A DNA stretch of 64,000 nt from Chitinophagaceae bacterium (GTDB lineage Bacteria > Bacteroidota > Bacteroidia > Chitinophagales > Chitinophagaceae): the NCBI GenBank assembly GCA_031970875.1, contig DALYHN010000001.1:17929-81928 (forward strand), read 5' to 3'. A program made the translations under genes and the position numbers. Within the stretch, counting starts at the first letter, position 1, and the number at the start of each line of letters is the position of its first letter. Shown piece by piece: positions 26,505-36,330 of this stretch. The notes under the pieces are model-generated. The model was not told where the DNA came from and made no database searches. It worked only from the letters and a program-made list of their open reading frames with translations.

Positions 26505-29468
26505 ATGAATCTTAAACGACTGCTCATTGCGTTGGTCTTGCCGCTGGTGATGCTTTGCATGCCTGCACTAGCACAAGACAAGTTGGTGACCGGTAAGATC
26601 ACCAGCACAAAAGATGGTAGCCCTGTGATAGGTGCCACCATTACAATCAAAGGAACAAAATCCGGTACCGCTGCCGGACAGGATGGTTCATTCAGCCTGC
26701 GCGTTCCTGCTTCTGCTACTACTTTGGTGATTTCTTCTGTTGGCTATGCTGCACAAGAAGTTGCTGTAGGTACTGGAATCATTGAGGTACAATTAGTAGA
26801 AACCAATACGGCCCTAACAGATGTAGTGGTCATTGGTTATGGTACCCAGCGTAAAAAAGATGTAACCGGTGCTGCTGTTTCCGTTTCAGCGAAAGACTTT
26901 GTAAAAGGTCCGATTGTTTCTCCGGAACAACTCATCAATGGTAAAGTTGCCGGTGTACAAATTACACCTGGTGGCGGTGCTCCTGGTGCGGGATCTCGTA
27001 TCCTGATCCGTGGTGGTTCTTCTTTAGCGGCTTCTAACAACCCATTGATCGTGATCGATGGTGTGCCTGTTGACGAATCTGGCATCGCCGGTTCTGCCAA
27101 CCCGCTGAACATGATTAACCCTAACGACATCGAAACTTTTAACGTACTGAAAGATGCATCTGCTGCAGCTATCTACGGTTCAAGAGCTTCTAATGGTGTT
27201 ATCATCATCACTACGAAGAAGGGTAAGAAAGGAAAGCCTCAGTTTAGCTTTAACACAAACCTGTCTATCTCTACAGTTGGTAAGACAGTTGATGTATTGT
27301 CTGCTGATGAATTCCGTGCTGTTGTAAATGCCAGAGGTACTGCACAGCAAAAAGCTCGTCTGGGTAATGCCAGCACTAACTGGCAAGATGAAATCTACAG
27401 AACAGCTATCATGACAGACAACAACCTGAGCGTGACCGGTTCTGCAGGTAAAATGCCTTATCGTTTATCAGTTGGTTATCTGAATCAGGATGGTATCCTG
27501 AAGACAGATAATATGCAGCGTATTACTGCAGCTGTTAACCTGAGCCCTTCATTCATGAACGATCACCTGAAGGTGAACCTGAATGTAAAAGGAACTTCTA
27601 CAAAGAATAAGTTCGCTAACCAAGGCGCTATTGGTAACGCCGTTTCTTTCGATCCTACTCAGCCTGTATTGTCTGGTAACAACCGTTTTGGTGGTTATTG
27701 GGAATGGCTGAACGCAAGCAACCAGCCTAACCAGCTGTCTCAGCGTAATCCAATGGGTCTGCTGAATATGCGTGATGATAGAAGCGATGCCGTAAGAAGC
27801 ATTGGTAATATGCAGGTAGATTATAAGTTTCACTTCCTGCCTGAACTGCGTGCCAACCTGAACTTAGGTTATGATGTAGCTCGTGGTAAAGGAAACATCT
27901 TTGTTACAGATAGTGCTGCGCAATCTTACTACCAGGGTGGTGTAAACAACCAATACAATCAAAATAATACCAATACCCTTGCTGAATTCTATTTGAATTA
28001 TGCTAAGGATTTGCGTTCTATCAATAGCCGTATTGACCTGACTGCAGGTTATTCTTTCCAGTCATTCCGTGTGGTTTCTGATACATTCCCTAACAGACGT
28101 GCAAACGGTACAGTCATTAACTATGCTGGTCGTTTGAATGAGCCTTTCCAAAACTCACTCATGTCTTATTACGCTCGTTTGGTGTACACCTACAATGGTA
28201 AGTATATCCTGACTGCAACAATCAGACGTGATGGTTCTACTCGTTTTGGTCTGAAAGGAGATCCTGCACGTTGGGGTACATTCCCAGCCTTGGCTGCTGC
28301 ATGGCGTATCAGCGAAGAAGACTTCATGAAGAACAGCAAAGTATTCAATGACCTGAAGCTTCGTGCTGCTTATGGTGTAAACGGTAACCAATCTGTTGGT
28401 GGTAGTTTCCCATTCCTGCCTATCTACTCTCAGAGTAACCTGACTGCATCTTATCAGTTTGGTAATACTTTCTATCAGATGCAGCGTCCTTCAGCGTACG
28501 ATCCTTTGTTGAAGTGGGAGCAATTGAAGTCTTATAACATTGGTATCGACTTCAGCATGTTCAATAACAAGATCAGTGGTAGTATTGATTACTTCAATAA
28601 GGATAACGAAGATCTGTTGAACACCATTCCTATTCCTGTTGGTACAAACTTCAGCAACGTGTTAACAACAAACGTTGGTACACTGAATACCCGTGGTTTG
28701 GAATTTACTTTGAATACCAACCTGAAGCGTACAAAAGACCTGAACTGGGATTTTGGTTTCAACCTCACTTTCCTGAGCAACGAAATCAAGAATCTGACAC
28801 GCGTATTTGATCCTAACTATCCAGGTGCGCCTCGTGGCTTTATCGCCGGTGGTACTGGTAACTTTGTGCAGATCAATAGTGTTGGTTACAGACCAGGTTC
28901 TTTCTACGTGTACAAGCAAGTATATGATAAGAACAATAACCCTATCGAGAACCTGTTCGAAGATCGCAACCGTGATGGTGTGATCAATGAAAAAGACCGT
29001 TATCGTTATATGTCGCCAGAACCAGATGTATTACTGGGTGTAAACTCTTCTTTGTCTTATAAGAAGTGGACAGCCGGTTTTGTACTGCGTGGTTCTTTTG
29101 GCAACTACATGTACAACAACTTTAATTCTGTTCGTGGTACTTACTTCGGTATTCTGGATCCAAACGGCTTCTTGGCCAATGCTTCTAGAAAAGTGCTGAC
29201 TACCAACTTCGCTACCAATAGTGTAGAACAGTTGCTGTCTGACTACCATGTAGAGAATGCATCATTCCTGCGTATGGATAATATCAACGTTGGTTACAAT
29301 GTTGGTAAGGTTGCCAAAGGCATCAATATGCGTGCTTCTCTGAACGTACAGAATGCATTCATCATCACCAAGTACAGTGGTATCGATCCTGAGATCGCGG
29401 GTGGTATTGATAATAATCTTTACCCTCGTCCAAGAATGATTGTATTGGGTGTGAACCTTGATTTTTAA
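26505..29468 (+). CDS. susC: SusC-type TonB-dependent receptor (starch-type PUL)
   Basis: 987 aa. It has a carboxypeptidase-regulatory-like N-domain (VTGKITSTKDGSPVIGATITIKG) and plug motifs (VVIGYGTQRKKDVTGA, NPLIVIDGVP, FNVLKDASAAAIYGSRASNGVIIITTKKG). The C-terminus is VLGVNLDF. Confidence 0.9.
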   Translation: MNLKRLLIALVLPLVMLCMPALAQDKLVTGKITSTKDGSPVIGATITIKGTKSGTAAGQDGSFSLRVPASATTLVISSVGYAAQEVAVGTGIIEVQLVETNTALTDVVVIGYGTQRKKDVTGAAVSVSAKDFVKGPIVSPEQLINGKVAGVQITPGGGAPGAGSRILIRGGSSLAASNNPLIVIDGVPVDESGIAGSANPLNMINPNDIETFNVLKDASAAAIYGSRASNGVIIITTKKGKKGKPQFSFNTNLSISTVGKTVDVLSADEFRAVVNARGTAQQKARLGNASTNWQDEIYRTAIMTDNNLSVTGSAGKMPYRLSVGYLNQDGILKTDNMQRITAAVNLSPSFMNDHLKVNLNVKGTSTKNKFANQGAIGNAVSFDPTQPVLSGNNRFGGYWEWLNASNQPNQLSQRNPMGLLNMRDDRSDAVRSIGNMQVDYKFHFLPELRANLNLGYDVARGKGNIFVTDSAAQSYYQGGVNNQYNQNNTNTLAEFYLNYAKDLRSINSRIDLTAGYSFQSFRVVSDTFPNRRANGTVINYAGRLNEPFQNSLMSYYARLVYTYNGKYILTATIRRDGSTRFGLKGDPARWGTFPALAAAWRISEEDFMKNSKVFNDLKLRAAYGVNGNQSVGGSFPFLPIYSQSNLTASYQFGNTFYQMQRPSAYDPLLKWEQLKSYNIGIDFSMFNNKISGSIDYFNKDNEDLLNTIPIPVGTNFSNVLTTNVGTLNTRGLEFTLNTNLKRTKDLNWDFGFNLTFLSNEIKNLTRVFDPNYPGAPRGFIAGGTGNFVQINSVGYRPGSFYVYKQVYDKNNNPIENLFEDRNRDGVINEKDRYRYMSPEPDVLLGVNSSLSYKKWTAGFVLRGSFGNYMYNNFNSVRGTYFGILDPNGFLANASRKVLTTNFATNSVEQLLSDYHVENASFLRMDNINVGYNVGKVAKGINMRASLNVQNAFIITKYSGIDPEIAGGIDNNLYPRPRMIVLGVNLDF

Positions 29469-29483
29469 TCTTGATAAATTCAG

Positions 29484-31085
29484 ATGAATATGAAAAAGAT
29501 TTCCATTCAGCTATTTTCCCTGCTTGCGGTGCTTGCGCTTACAGTAAGCTCTTGCAAGAAGTGGGATATTAAGCCGGAAGTTGACCAAACCTCTGAGACA
29601 GTTTACGCCAATGCAAATGGATACAAAACTGTACTCGCTAAAGTGTATGGCTCTTTCGCAACCACAGGTAACGCAGGTCCTGCCGGTGCAGGTGACCTTG
29701 CCAATATTGATGAGGGTACTTCAGACTACCTGCGTTTGTTCTGGAAAGCTCAGGAACTGAGCACAGACGAAGCAGTAGTTGCTTGGGGTGACCCCGGTAT
29801 CCGCGACTTCCACAACATGAACTGGAGTTCTAGCAACCCCATGTTGGAAGGTCTGTATAACCGTATTTTCTACAGCATTACTGTAGCGAATGAATTTATT
29901 CGCGAAGCTGCTGATGATCGTTTGGCTCGTAGAGGTATTACAGGTGCAGATGCTACTGCCGTAAAAACCTTTAAGGCTGAAGCTCGCTTCATGCGCGCTT
30001 ATGCTTATTGGGCTGCATTAGATTTGTTTGGTAATGTACCATTCATTGATGATGCTTCTCCAATTGGTGCTACGCCTCCAAAGCAAATCAAGCGTGCTGA
30101 TCTGTACAATTATATTGTAACAGAACTGAGAGCTGTTGAAGCTGATTTGCCTGCTGCAAGAAGTAATGAGTACGGCCGTGCAGATAAAGCTGCTGCTTGG
30201 GCTTTGTTGGCAAGATTGTACCTGAATGCTGGTGTGTATACCGGTACGCCTGATTATAATAATGCGATTGTGTATGCTAAGCGTGTCATTGATGCTGGTT
30301 ATACATTGGTGGGTAATTACCGTCACCTGATGTTAGCAGACAATCAGTTAAACGCCAATGAGTTTATCCTCACATTGAACTATGATGGTCAGCGTACACA
30401 GAACTGGGGTGGTACTACTTTCTTAACCCATGCTTCAGTTGGTGGTGATATGAATGCTGCTAACTCTGGTATCAATGGCGGTTGGGGTGGTATTCGTACA
30501 ACCAAGAATATTCCTGCGTTGTTCTCTGATGTTTCTGGTAACACAGATAGCCGCGCTCAGTTTTTCCAGCACAATCTGGATATTGCAGATATTGCCAATT
30601 TCAAAGATGGCTATGCGATCACTAAGTATAGAAATGTAAATAGATTAGGTGCTCGCCCAGCAAACTTTGTAAACTGGGTTGATATTGATTTCCCGCTGTT
30701 CCGTTTGGCTGAAATGTACCTGATTTATGCGGAAGCTGTGGTAAGAGGCGGTGCAGGTGGCGATATTAATACGGCTGTGACTTATGTCAACAATCTGCGT
30801 CAGCGTGCTCATGCTCAAACTTCTAACCAGACTCAGGCTAATATTAACTCTGGTCAACTTACTTTGAACTTCATCTTGGATGAAAGAGCACGTGAGTTGT
30901 ACTGGGAAGGTCACCGCAGAACAGACCTGATTCGTTACGGTCGTTTCACAGAAGGCACTTATCTCTGGCCTTGGAAAGGTGGTGTAGCTGCAGGTACTGC
31001 AGTAGCAGATTTCAGAAAGCTGTATCCATTGCCTTCTTCAGATATCGTAGCTAACCCGAATCTGGTACAGAATCCTAACTACTAA
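29484..31085 (+). CDS. susD: SusD/RagB-family lipoprotein
   Basis: 533 aa with lipobox LTVSSC. It lies immediately 3' of SusC (15-nt gap). SusD-like segments are FMRAYAYWAALDLFGNVPF, RAELYWEGHRRTDLIRYGRF and a YPLP tail. Confidence 0.85.
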   Translation: MNMKKISIQLFSLLAVLALTVSSCKKWDIKPEVDQTSETVYANANGYKTVLAKVYGSFATTGNAGPAGAGDLANIDEGTSDYLRLFWKAQELSTDEAVVAWGDPGIRDFHNMNWSSSNPMLEGLYNRIFYSITVANEFIREAADDRLARRGITGADATAVKTFKAEARFMRAYAYWAALDLFGNVPFIDDASPIGATPPKQIKRADLYNYIVTELRAVEADLPAARSNEYGRADKAAAWALLARLYLNAGVYTGTPDYNNAIVYAKRVIDAGYTLVGNYRHLMLADNQLNANEFILTLNYDGQRTQNWGGTTFLTHASVGGDMNAANSGINGGWGGIRTTKNIPALFSDVSGNTDSRAQFFQHNLDIADIANFKDGYAITKYRNVNRLGARPANFVNWVDIDFPLFRLAEMYLIYAEAVVRGGAGGDINTAVTYVNNLRQRAHAQTSNQTQANINSGQLTLNFILDERARELYWEGHRRTDLIRYGRFTEGTYLWPWKGGVAAGTAVADFRKLYPLPSSDIVANPNLVQNPNY

Positions 31086-31103
31086 TCAAGTAAACTGACT
31101 ATT

Positions 31104-31946
31104 ATGAAACAATACATCAAAATACTCCAGTCAGCAGTGCTTGGGCTTTTGCTTCTGGCCGGCACCAGCTGCGAGAAGTATGAGAATAAACTGTACTTCG
31201 AAGGAGGTACGGCTCCAGTGCTCACCGGCAGCACCAATGCTGTTCGCCTGACTGCATTGACAGAAAATGAAACAGCGATTACATTGCGTTGGACAAACCC
31301 TGAGTATAAATTCACTTCTGGTGTTAGTTCAGCTAACGTAACCTATACATTAGAAATTGATACTACTGGCGCTAATTTCACTAGCGGTAGAAGATATGTT
31401 ACCACTATTGCTTCAGATCTGTCTAAGACTTTTACAGAGAAGGAACTGAATGCTATCCTTGGTAATGATATGCGTCTCACTTTCGGTAGATTGTACACGA
31501 TGCAAGCGCGCGTAACTGCGAGCTTAGCACAGGGTGCTTCTGCTGCAGTGCTTGCATCTAATGTTTTCTCTTTCACAGCGCGTCCATTTGCGCCACCACC
31601 TAAAGTAGAGCCGCCAACTGATGGTACTTTATGGTTAGTAGGTGATGCGTTAGCATCTGGTTGGAACAACCCGCTGCCTGCACCATTTAGCACAACGCAG
31701 CGTTGTACCAAAGTGACTGATACGGAATATCGTATCGATGTTACATTCAATGCAAGTGGCGCATATAAGCTGATCCAAACACAGGGTGTATGGGGTACAC
31801 AGTACCACATGATCACTGGTGGTACAGCTTTGAGTGGCACATTCGAAAAGCGTGATGCAGATCCTGCCTTCCCTTCACCAGGTGCGGGTAACTATCGCAT
31901 GACGTATAATTTCCAAACTGGAGAATATTCCGGTGTTAGGCTTTAA
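31104..31946 (+). CDS. susE: SusE-like outer-membrane lipoprotein (one C-terminal glycan-binding module)
   Basis: 280 aa with lipobox LAGTSC. The SusE-type N-domain is AITLRWTNPEY...YTLEIDTTGANF. One module begins LWLVGDALASGWNNPLPAP. Confidence 0.7.
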   Translation: MKQYIKILQSAVLGLLLLAGTSCEKYENKLYFEGGTAPVLTGSTNAVRLTALTENETAITLRWTNPEYKFTSGVSSANVTYTLEIDTTGANFTSGRRYVTTIASDLSKTFTEKELNAILGNDMRLTFGRLYTMQARVTASLAQGASAAVLASNVFSFTARPFAPPPKVEPPTDGTLWLVGDALASGWNNPLPAPFSTTQRCTKVTDTEYRIDVTFNASGAYKLIQTQGVWGTQYHMITGGTALSGTFEKRDADPAFPSPGAGNYRMTYNFQTGEYSGVRL

Positions 31947-31964
31947 CTGTAAAAACTATTTGAT

Positions 31965-33143
31965 ATGAAACACATTCAAAAATTATGGTTTTTCCTGCTG
32001 GCTGCCGGATTACTCTTTACAGCTTGTAAGAAAAACATCGAAGGCGGTGGAGAGATTGCTGTTTTCAGTAACGGTAAGCAGCCGGTGATCTCAGCTTCAG
32101 CTGCTACAATTGCTCCTGCTGCTGCAGACTCCAACAACGTTGCATTAACGTTGAACTGGACAAACCCTGAGTACTCTATCGACTCAAATTCAGTGAAATA
32201 CATTGTTGAGATCGATTCAACGAATCGCAATTTCTCAAAATCAGTTACACGCACTGTAACAGGTACACGTAGAATCAGTATGCTGGCAAAAGAACTGAAC
32301 AGCATTTTGCTGGGCTTTGGTTTTGCTTTCAATACAGCGTACGATATTGATGTACGTGTGATTTCTTCATTCCCTAACAACAACGAGCGTCTGGTATCTA
32401 ATACGTTGAAGCTTCGTGTTACACCATACAAGATCCCTCCAAGAGTGCCGCTGCCTACTTCAGGTCGTCTCTTTCTGGTAGGTGATGCTTCTGATGGTGG
32501 TTGGAACAACCCTGTTCCTGTACCAACGCAAGAGTTTAGCAGATTGGATGAAACCACTTTCGCTGGTATATTCAACCTGAAAGCAGGTAGCTATTTGATA
32601 TTGCCTATCAATGGTGATTGGGGTCAGAAATATGCATTAACCAACAATGGTGTTCCTGGTATTGCTAACGGAGGCAACTTCGTATACTATGGTCCCGGCG
32701 TTGGTGGTGGTGATAATTTCCCTAGCCCTGCAGCTGCGCCCGGCCTATATAAAATCGTTGTAGATTTTCAGGCAGGTAGATTCACAGTAACACCGTTTAC
32801 ACAGCAACATGGCTTGCCTGGCAGTCTCTTCCTCGTAGGAGGTGCTACACCTGGTGGCTGGAATAACCCTGTGCCTGTACCGTCACAACAATTCACGCGT
32901 GTTACATCAACACGATTCGAACTGGCATCTATTGCTTTAACTGCCGGTGAGAAATACCTCTTCCTGCCAGAGAATGGTAACTGGGGTAAGAAGTACGGTG
33001 CAGTAAACGGCAGTGCAGCCAATATTGGTTTGGGCGGTCCGTTGAAACCAGAAGGAGAAGATATGCCTGCTCCAACAGTAACCGGCAATTACAAGATTGT
33101 CGTAGAGCTGGCCAACAATACTTACACACTTACCAAGTTGTAA
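31965..33143 (+). CDS. susF: SusF-like outer-membrane lipoprotein (two tandem glycan-binding modules)
   Basis: 392 aa with lipobox LLFTAC. The N-domain is the same type (VALTLNWTNPEY...YIVEIDSTNRNF). Two modules begin LFLVGDASDGGWNNPVPVP and LFLVGGATPGGWNNPVPVP. Confidence 0.7.
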   Translation: MKHIQKLWFFLLAAGLLFTACKKNIEGGGEIAVFSNGKQPVISASAATIAPAAADSNNVALTLNWTNPEYSIDSNSVKYIVEIDSTNRNFSKSVTRTVTGTRRISMLAKELNSILLGFGFAFNTAYDIDVRVISSFPNNNERLVSNTLKLRVTPYKIPPRVPLPTSGRLFLVGDASDGGWNNPVPVPTQEFSRLDETTFAGIFNLKAGSYLILPINGDWGQKYALTNNGVPGIANGGNFVYYGPGVGGGDNFPSPAAAPGLYKIVVDFQAGRFTVTPFTQQHGLPGSLFLVGGATPGGWNNPVPVPSQQFTRVTSTRFELASIALTAGEKYLFLPENGNWGKKYGAVNGSAANIGLGGPLKPEGEDMPAPTVTGNYKIVVELANNTYTLTKL

Positions 33144-33170
33144 GATTCGGATTTTCACAGTTTTACTGCT

Positions 33171-33202
33171 GCTGCCCCGTACCTACGGGGCAGCTTTGTT
33201 TT
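33171..33202 (+). terminator. intrinsic terminator after the PUL
   Basis: A perfect 10-bp stem GCTGCCCCGT/ACGGGGCAGC with a 4-nt loop is followed by TTTGTTTT. Confidence 0.8.
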
Positions 33203-33250
33203 GGTAACCTTCACACATTTTCATTTACTTTTACTGCCTAAGACTTATCT

Positions 33251-34126
33251 ATGCTCTACTCCATGACCGGTTATGGTCGCAGCGAACAATCTATTGGTGA
33301 TAAAGTATTATTGGTTGAATTGAGATCGCTTAACGGCAAACAGTTCGACCTGCGACTGAATATCCCCGCACAACTCAAGCCATTTGAATTTGATATCAGA
33401 CAAATGCTGAGCGAATCATTGGAAAGAGGCAGCGTAGAGTGTATTGCCACTATCAAAAACAATGGCGCATCTAAGCCTGTGGCTATCAATACCGATCTGC
33501 TGAAATCTTATTATGCATCAGTAAAGCAGGTTGCGGAAGAAATGCAAGCAGATGATAGTCAGCTATTGGCTGCCATCCTGCGTTTACCGGAAGTGGTTAC
33601 CAATCAGTCTGAATTACTCAATGATGAGGAATGGGCTGCAGCACAACGCGTGTTTCAGGATGCCATCGCACAAATCAACACACACAGAACAGAAGAAGGT
33701 AAGGTGTTGGAAGCAGATTTGTTGGATAGAGTAAAGCAAATTGAGCAGCTGCAGGCAGAGATTGCTAGTTTAGAACCCTTACGCAGGGAAAAGATTCGTG
33801 AGGGATTGAAGAAAACTTTGGAAGAGAATGTCGGAAAGGAAAACTATGATCCCAATAGGTTAGAGCAAGAGCTGATTTATTATATCGAGAAAATTGATAT
33901 CAGCGAAGAACAGGTGCGTTTAAAGAACCATTGTGATTATTTCCGCGAAGTGCTGAAGGGCAAGGAGCGTAGCAAGGGTAAAAAACTATCTTTTGTGCTG
34001 CAGGAATTTGGGCGTGAAATCAATACCACCGGCTCCAAAGCTTATGATGCCACTATTCAGAAATGCGTAATTCTGATGAAGGATGAATTGGAAAAAGCGA
34101 AAGAACAAGTCTTGAATATTTTATAA
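33251..34126 (+). CDS. yicC: YicC/YloC-family protein
   Basis: 291 aa. It has the N-terminal SMTGYGRSE motif and a C-terminal region (EEQVRLKNHCDYF...SFVLQEFGREINTTGSKA) typical of YicC. Confidence 0.85.
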   Translation: MLYSMTGYGRSEQSIGDKVLLVELRSLNGKQFDLRLNIPAQLKPFEFDIRQMLSESLERGSVECIATIKNNGASKPVAINTDLLKSYYASVKQVAEEMQADDSQLLAAILRLPEVVTNQSELLNDEEWAAAQRVFQDAIAQINTHRTEEGKVLEADLLDRVKQIEQLQAEIASLEPLRREKIREGLKKTLEENVGKENYDPNRLEQELIYYIEKIDISEEQVRLKNHCDYFREVLKGKERSKGKKLSFVLQEFGREINTTGSKAYDATIQKCVILMKDELEKAKEQVLNIL

Positions 34127-34130
34127 GTAT

Positions 34131-34598
34131 ATGCTGCAGAAACTTCTTTTTTCTATATTGATTGGTTTGAGTTTGTACAGCTGTACAACCATTGAACTGA
34201 AGGAGCAACAGCATTTCTTTCCCGATCATCAATGGAGCAGTAAAGATTCACTGGAGTTTAAGTTTGACGTGAAGGACACGAGTGTTTTATACCGCATTTA
34301 TTTGGTTGTACGCCATGAAGATGCTTACGGATATAACAATATCTGGGTGAATATTGGTACCAAGCGTTCTTCAGAAAACATGCAGTATCAACTGTTGGAT
34401 CTCAAGTTGGCAGACCCTGCAAAAGGTTGGTTGGGTACGGGTATGGATGATATTTATGATCACCGCATCAGCTTAACCCCCAAACCTATCCGCTTGCGCA
34501 AAGGCGAATATATTTTCCGATTGAAGCAAGCGATGCGTGAAGATCCTTTGCAATACGTATTGAATGCGGGTATTCGTGTAGAAAAAGTCACTGAATGA
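34131..34598 (+). CDS. gldH: GldH-like gliding-motility lipoprotein
   Basis: 155 aa with lipobox LSLYSC. The pattern W..KDS.EF.F.V.D....Y.IYLVVRH...Y.YNNIW...L.LADP.G.WLG.G......Y.F.LKQAMR matches my recollection of the GldH family. This is recognition by eye only. Confidence 0.6.
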   Translation: MLQKLLFSILIGLSLYSCTTIELKEQQHFFPDHQWSSKDSLEFKFDVKDTSVLYRIYLVVRHEDAYGYNNIWVNIGTKRSSENMQYQLLDLKLADPAKGWLGTGMDDIYDHRISLTPKPIRLRKGEYIFRLKQAMREDPLQYVLNAGIRVEKVTE

Positions 34599-35569
34599 CG
34601 ATCTTCCCTAAAAGCAAACTCAGATTAGTAACAGTAGTGTATTGGTTCTTACTGTTATACATTATTGCTGCACTGATCTGGTGGTTTATTGCGCTGGAAA
34701 GACAAAACAGACGTATTACAGAAATTAGAATTGATGCAGCTGAGCAGCAGCACGACATCAAAGCTATGTTAGATGCGATCGCTGAGGGCAATAGAAAAAC
34801 AGCCCAGTATATAGGTGAAGGCGTTACCTTTTTAGCCTTGATGCTGGTTGGAGCTGTATTTGTATATCGAGCTGTGCGCAAACAAATTCGTTTAGCTGCT
34901 CAGCAGCAGAATTTCATGATGGCGATTACGCATGAATTGAAAACCCCCATCGCTGTTACCAAGCTGAATCTGGAAACACTTCAGAAAAGAAAATTAGATG
35001 AGTTGAAACAGCAAAAGCTGATCACCAATACACTTCAGGAAGCTGGTCGATTGGATAATCTTTGTAACAATATTTTATTGGCATCAAGATTAGAGGGAGA
35101 TGATGCTTTGTCCATGACTGCACATGAAGTAAACCTTAGTGAAGTAGCCATCAATTGTATGCAGGAAGCAAGAATGCACTACAGTGCCCGCACCATTGAG
35201 GCTGATATTGAAGACGGTTTATACGTTTATGCAGATGAATTGATGATGCAACTATTGATCAATAACCTGGTTGATAATGCCATCAAATACTCGCCAAAGG
35301 ATCAGCCTGTTTTATTGAAATTGGAACAAAAAGATGGCAAAGCCAACTTGACTGTTTCAGATTATGGTAAAGGCATTCCTGATGCAGATAAAAAGCGCAT
35401 TTTCGAGAAATTCTACCGTTCTGGCGATGAAAATACCCGCACCACCAAGGGTACTGGCCTAGGTTTGTATCTGTGCAGTAAGATTGTGAAGCATTTCGGT
35501 GGTAACATTACTGTGACAAACAATTCTCCGCAGGGTGCTATTTTTACAACCATATTTACCGCAGTATGA
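34595..35569 (+). CDS. sensor histidine kinase (two TM helices, HisKA + HATPase_c)
   Basis: 324 aa. It has an H-box ITHELKTPIA, N-box NLVDNAIKYSP, G1 DYGKGIP and G2 GTGLGLYL. An ATGA overlap links it to the preceding gene. Confidence 0.9.
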   Translation: MTIFPKSKLRLVTVVYWFLLLYIIAALIWWFIALERQNRRITEIRIDAAEQQHDIKAMLDAIAEGNRKTAQYIGEGVTFLALMLVGAVFVYRAVRKQIRLAAQQQNFMMAITHELKTPIAVTKLNLETLQKRKLDELKQQKLITNTLQEAGRLDNLCNNILLASRLEGDDALSMTAHEVNLSEVAINCMQEARMHYSARTIEADIEDGLYVYADELMMQLLINNLVDNAIKYSPKDQPVLLKLEQKDGKANLTVSDYGKGIPDADKKRIFEKFYRSGDENTRTTKGTGLGLYLCSKIVKHFGGNITVTNNSPQGAIFTTIFTAV

Positions 35570-36270
35570 GCAGTGAAAAAGGCAATATTCTTTTGGTAGA
35601 AGATGAAGAGAACCTCCACGAGGCACTTAAATTGAACCTCGAGCTGGAGGGTTATACAGTAACTTCTGCATTCGATGGTGCTGCTGCTTTGGAAGCTGTT
35701 GCCGGAGAATACTTTGATCTCATCATCCTGGATGTGATGTTGCCTGAGTTGGATGGCATCAGCGTTACGGAAACTATCCGTGTAAAGAATAGTGAGTTGC
35801 CCATACTGATTCTAAGTGCGAAAAGCAATAGCTCAGATCGCGTGCTGGGATTGAAAAAAGGTGCAGATGATTATCTCACCAAACCCTTTAACCTGGAAGA
35901 ACTTTTACTGCGTGTAGAAAAACTGATTGATAAGAATAAGAAACTACAGGAGAAAGAGAGTATCGGCGATACGTATCAGTTTGGCAATAATACGATCGAC
36001 TTCAAAGCGCAGGAAGCCATTGGTATTACTGGCGAAACCATTACCCTAAGCAAGAAAGAAGCACAGCTACTGAAGCTGCTGATTGAGAACAAAGGCGAAG
36101 TGGTTACGCGGGAAAAGATTCTGCAGATTGTTTGGGGCTATAATGTCTATCCTTCTACCAGAACCATTGATAATTTCATCTTGAGTTTCCGTAAATATTT
36201 TGAAACCGATAGCCGCAATCCACGTCATTTCCACTCTGTACGCGGCGTTGGCTATAAGTACACAGATTAA
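35566..36270 (+). CDS. OmpR/PhoB-family response regulator
   Basis: 234 aa with receiver domain (ILLVEDEENL, DLIILDVMLPELDG, KPF). The winged-helix C-terminus is LSKKEAQLLKLL...RTIDNFILSFRKYFE...VRGVGYKY. An ATGA overlap links it to the kinase. Confidence 0.9.
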   Translation: MSSEKGNILLVEDEENLHEALKLNLELEGYTVTSAFDGAAALEAVAGEYFDLIILDVMLPELDGISVTETIRVKNSELPILILSAKSNSSDRVLGLKKGADDYLTKPFNLEELLLRVEKLIDKNKKLQEKESIGDTYQFGNNTIDFKAQEAIGITGETITLSKKEAQLLKLLIENKGEVVTREKILQIVWGYNVYPSTRTIDNFILSFRKYFETDSRNPRHFHSVRGVGYKYTD

Positions 36271-36330
36271 GCAGGTTTGGCACAATAAAAGCAGTGCTTT
36301 GAGCGTCTCTGTAGGGAGAAAAATGTCTTC

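Noticed and set aside
31343-33158. Several 66-199-aa minus-strand ORFs across the SusE/SusF-like genes
   Set aside because: They are antisense shadows of genes with clear lipoboxes and repeated SusE/F motifs, and they have no motifs of their own.
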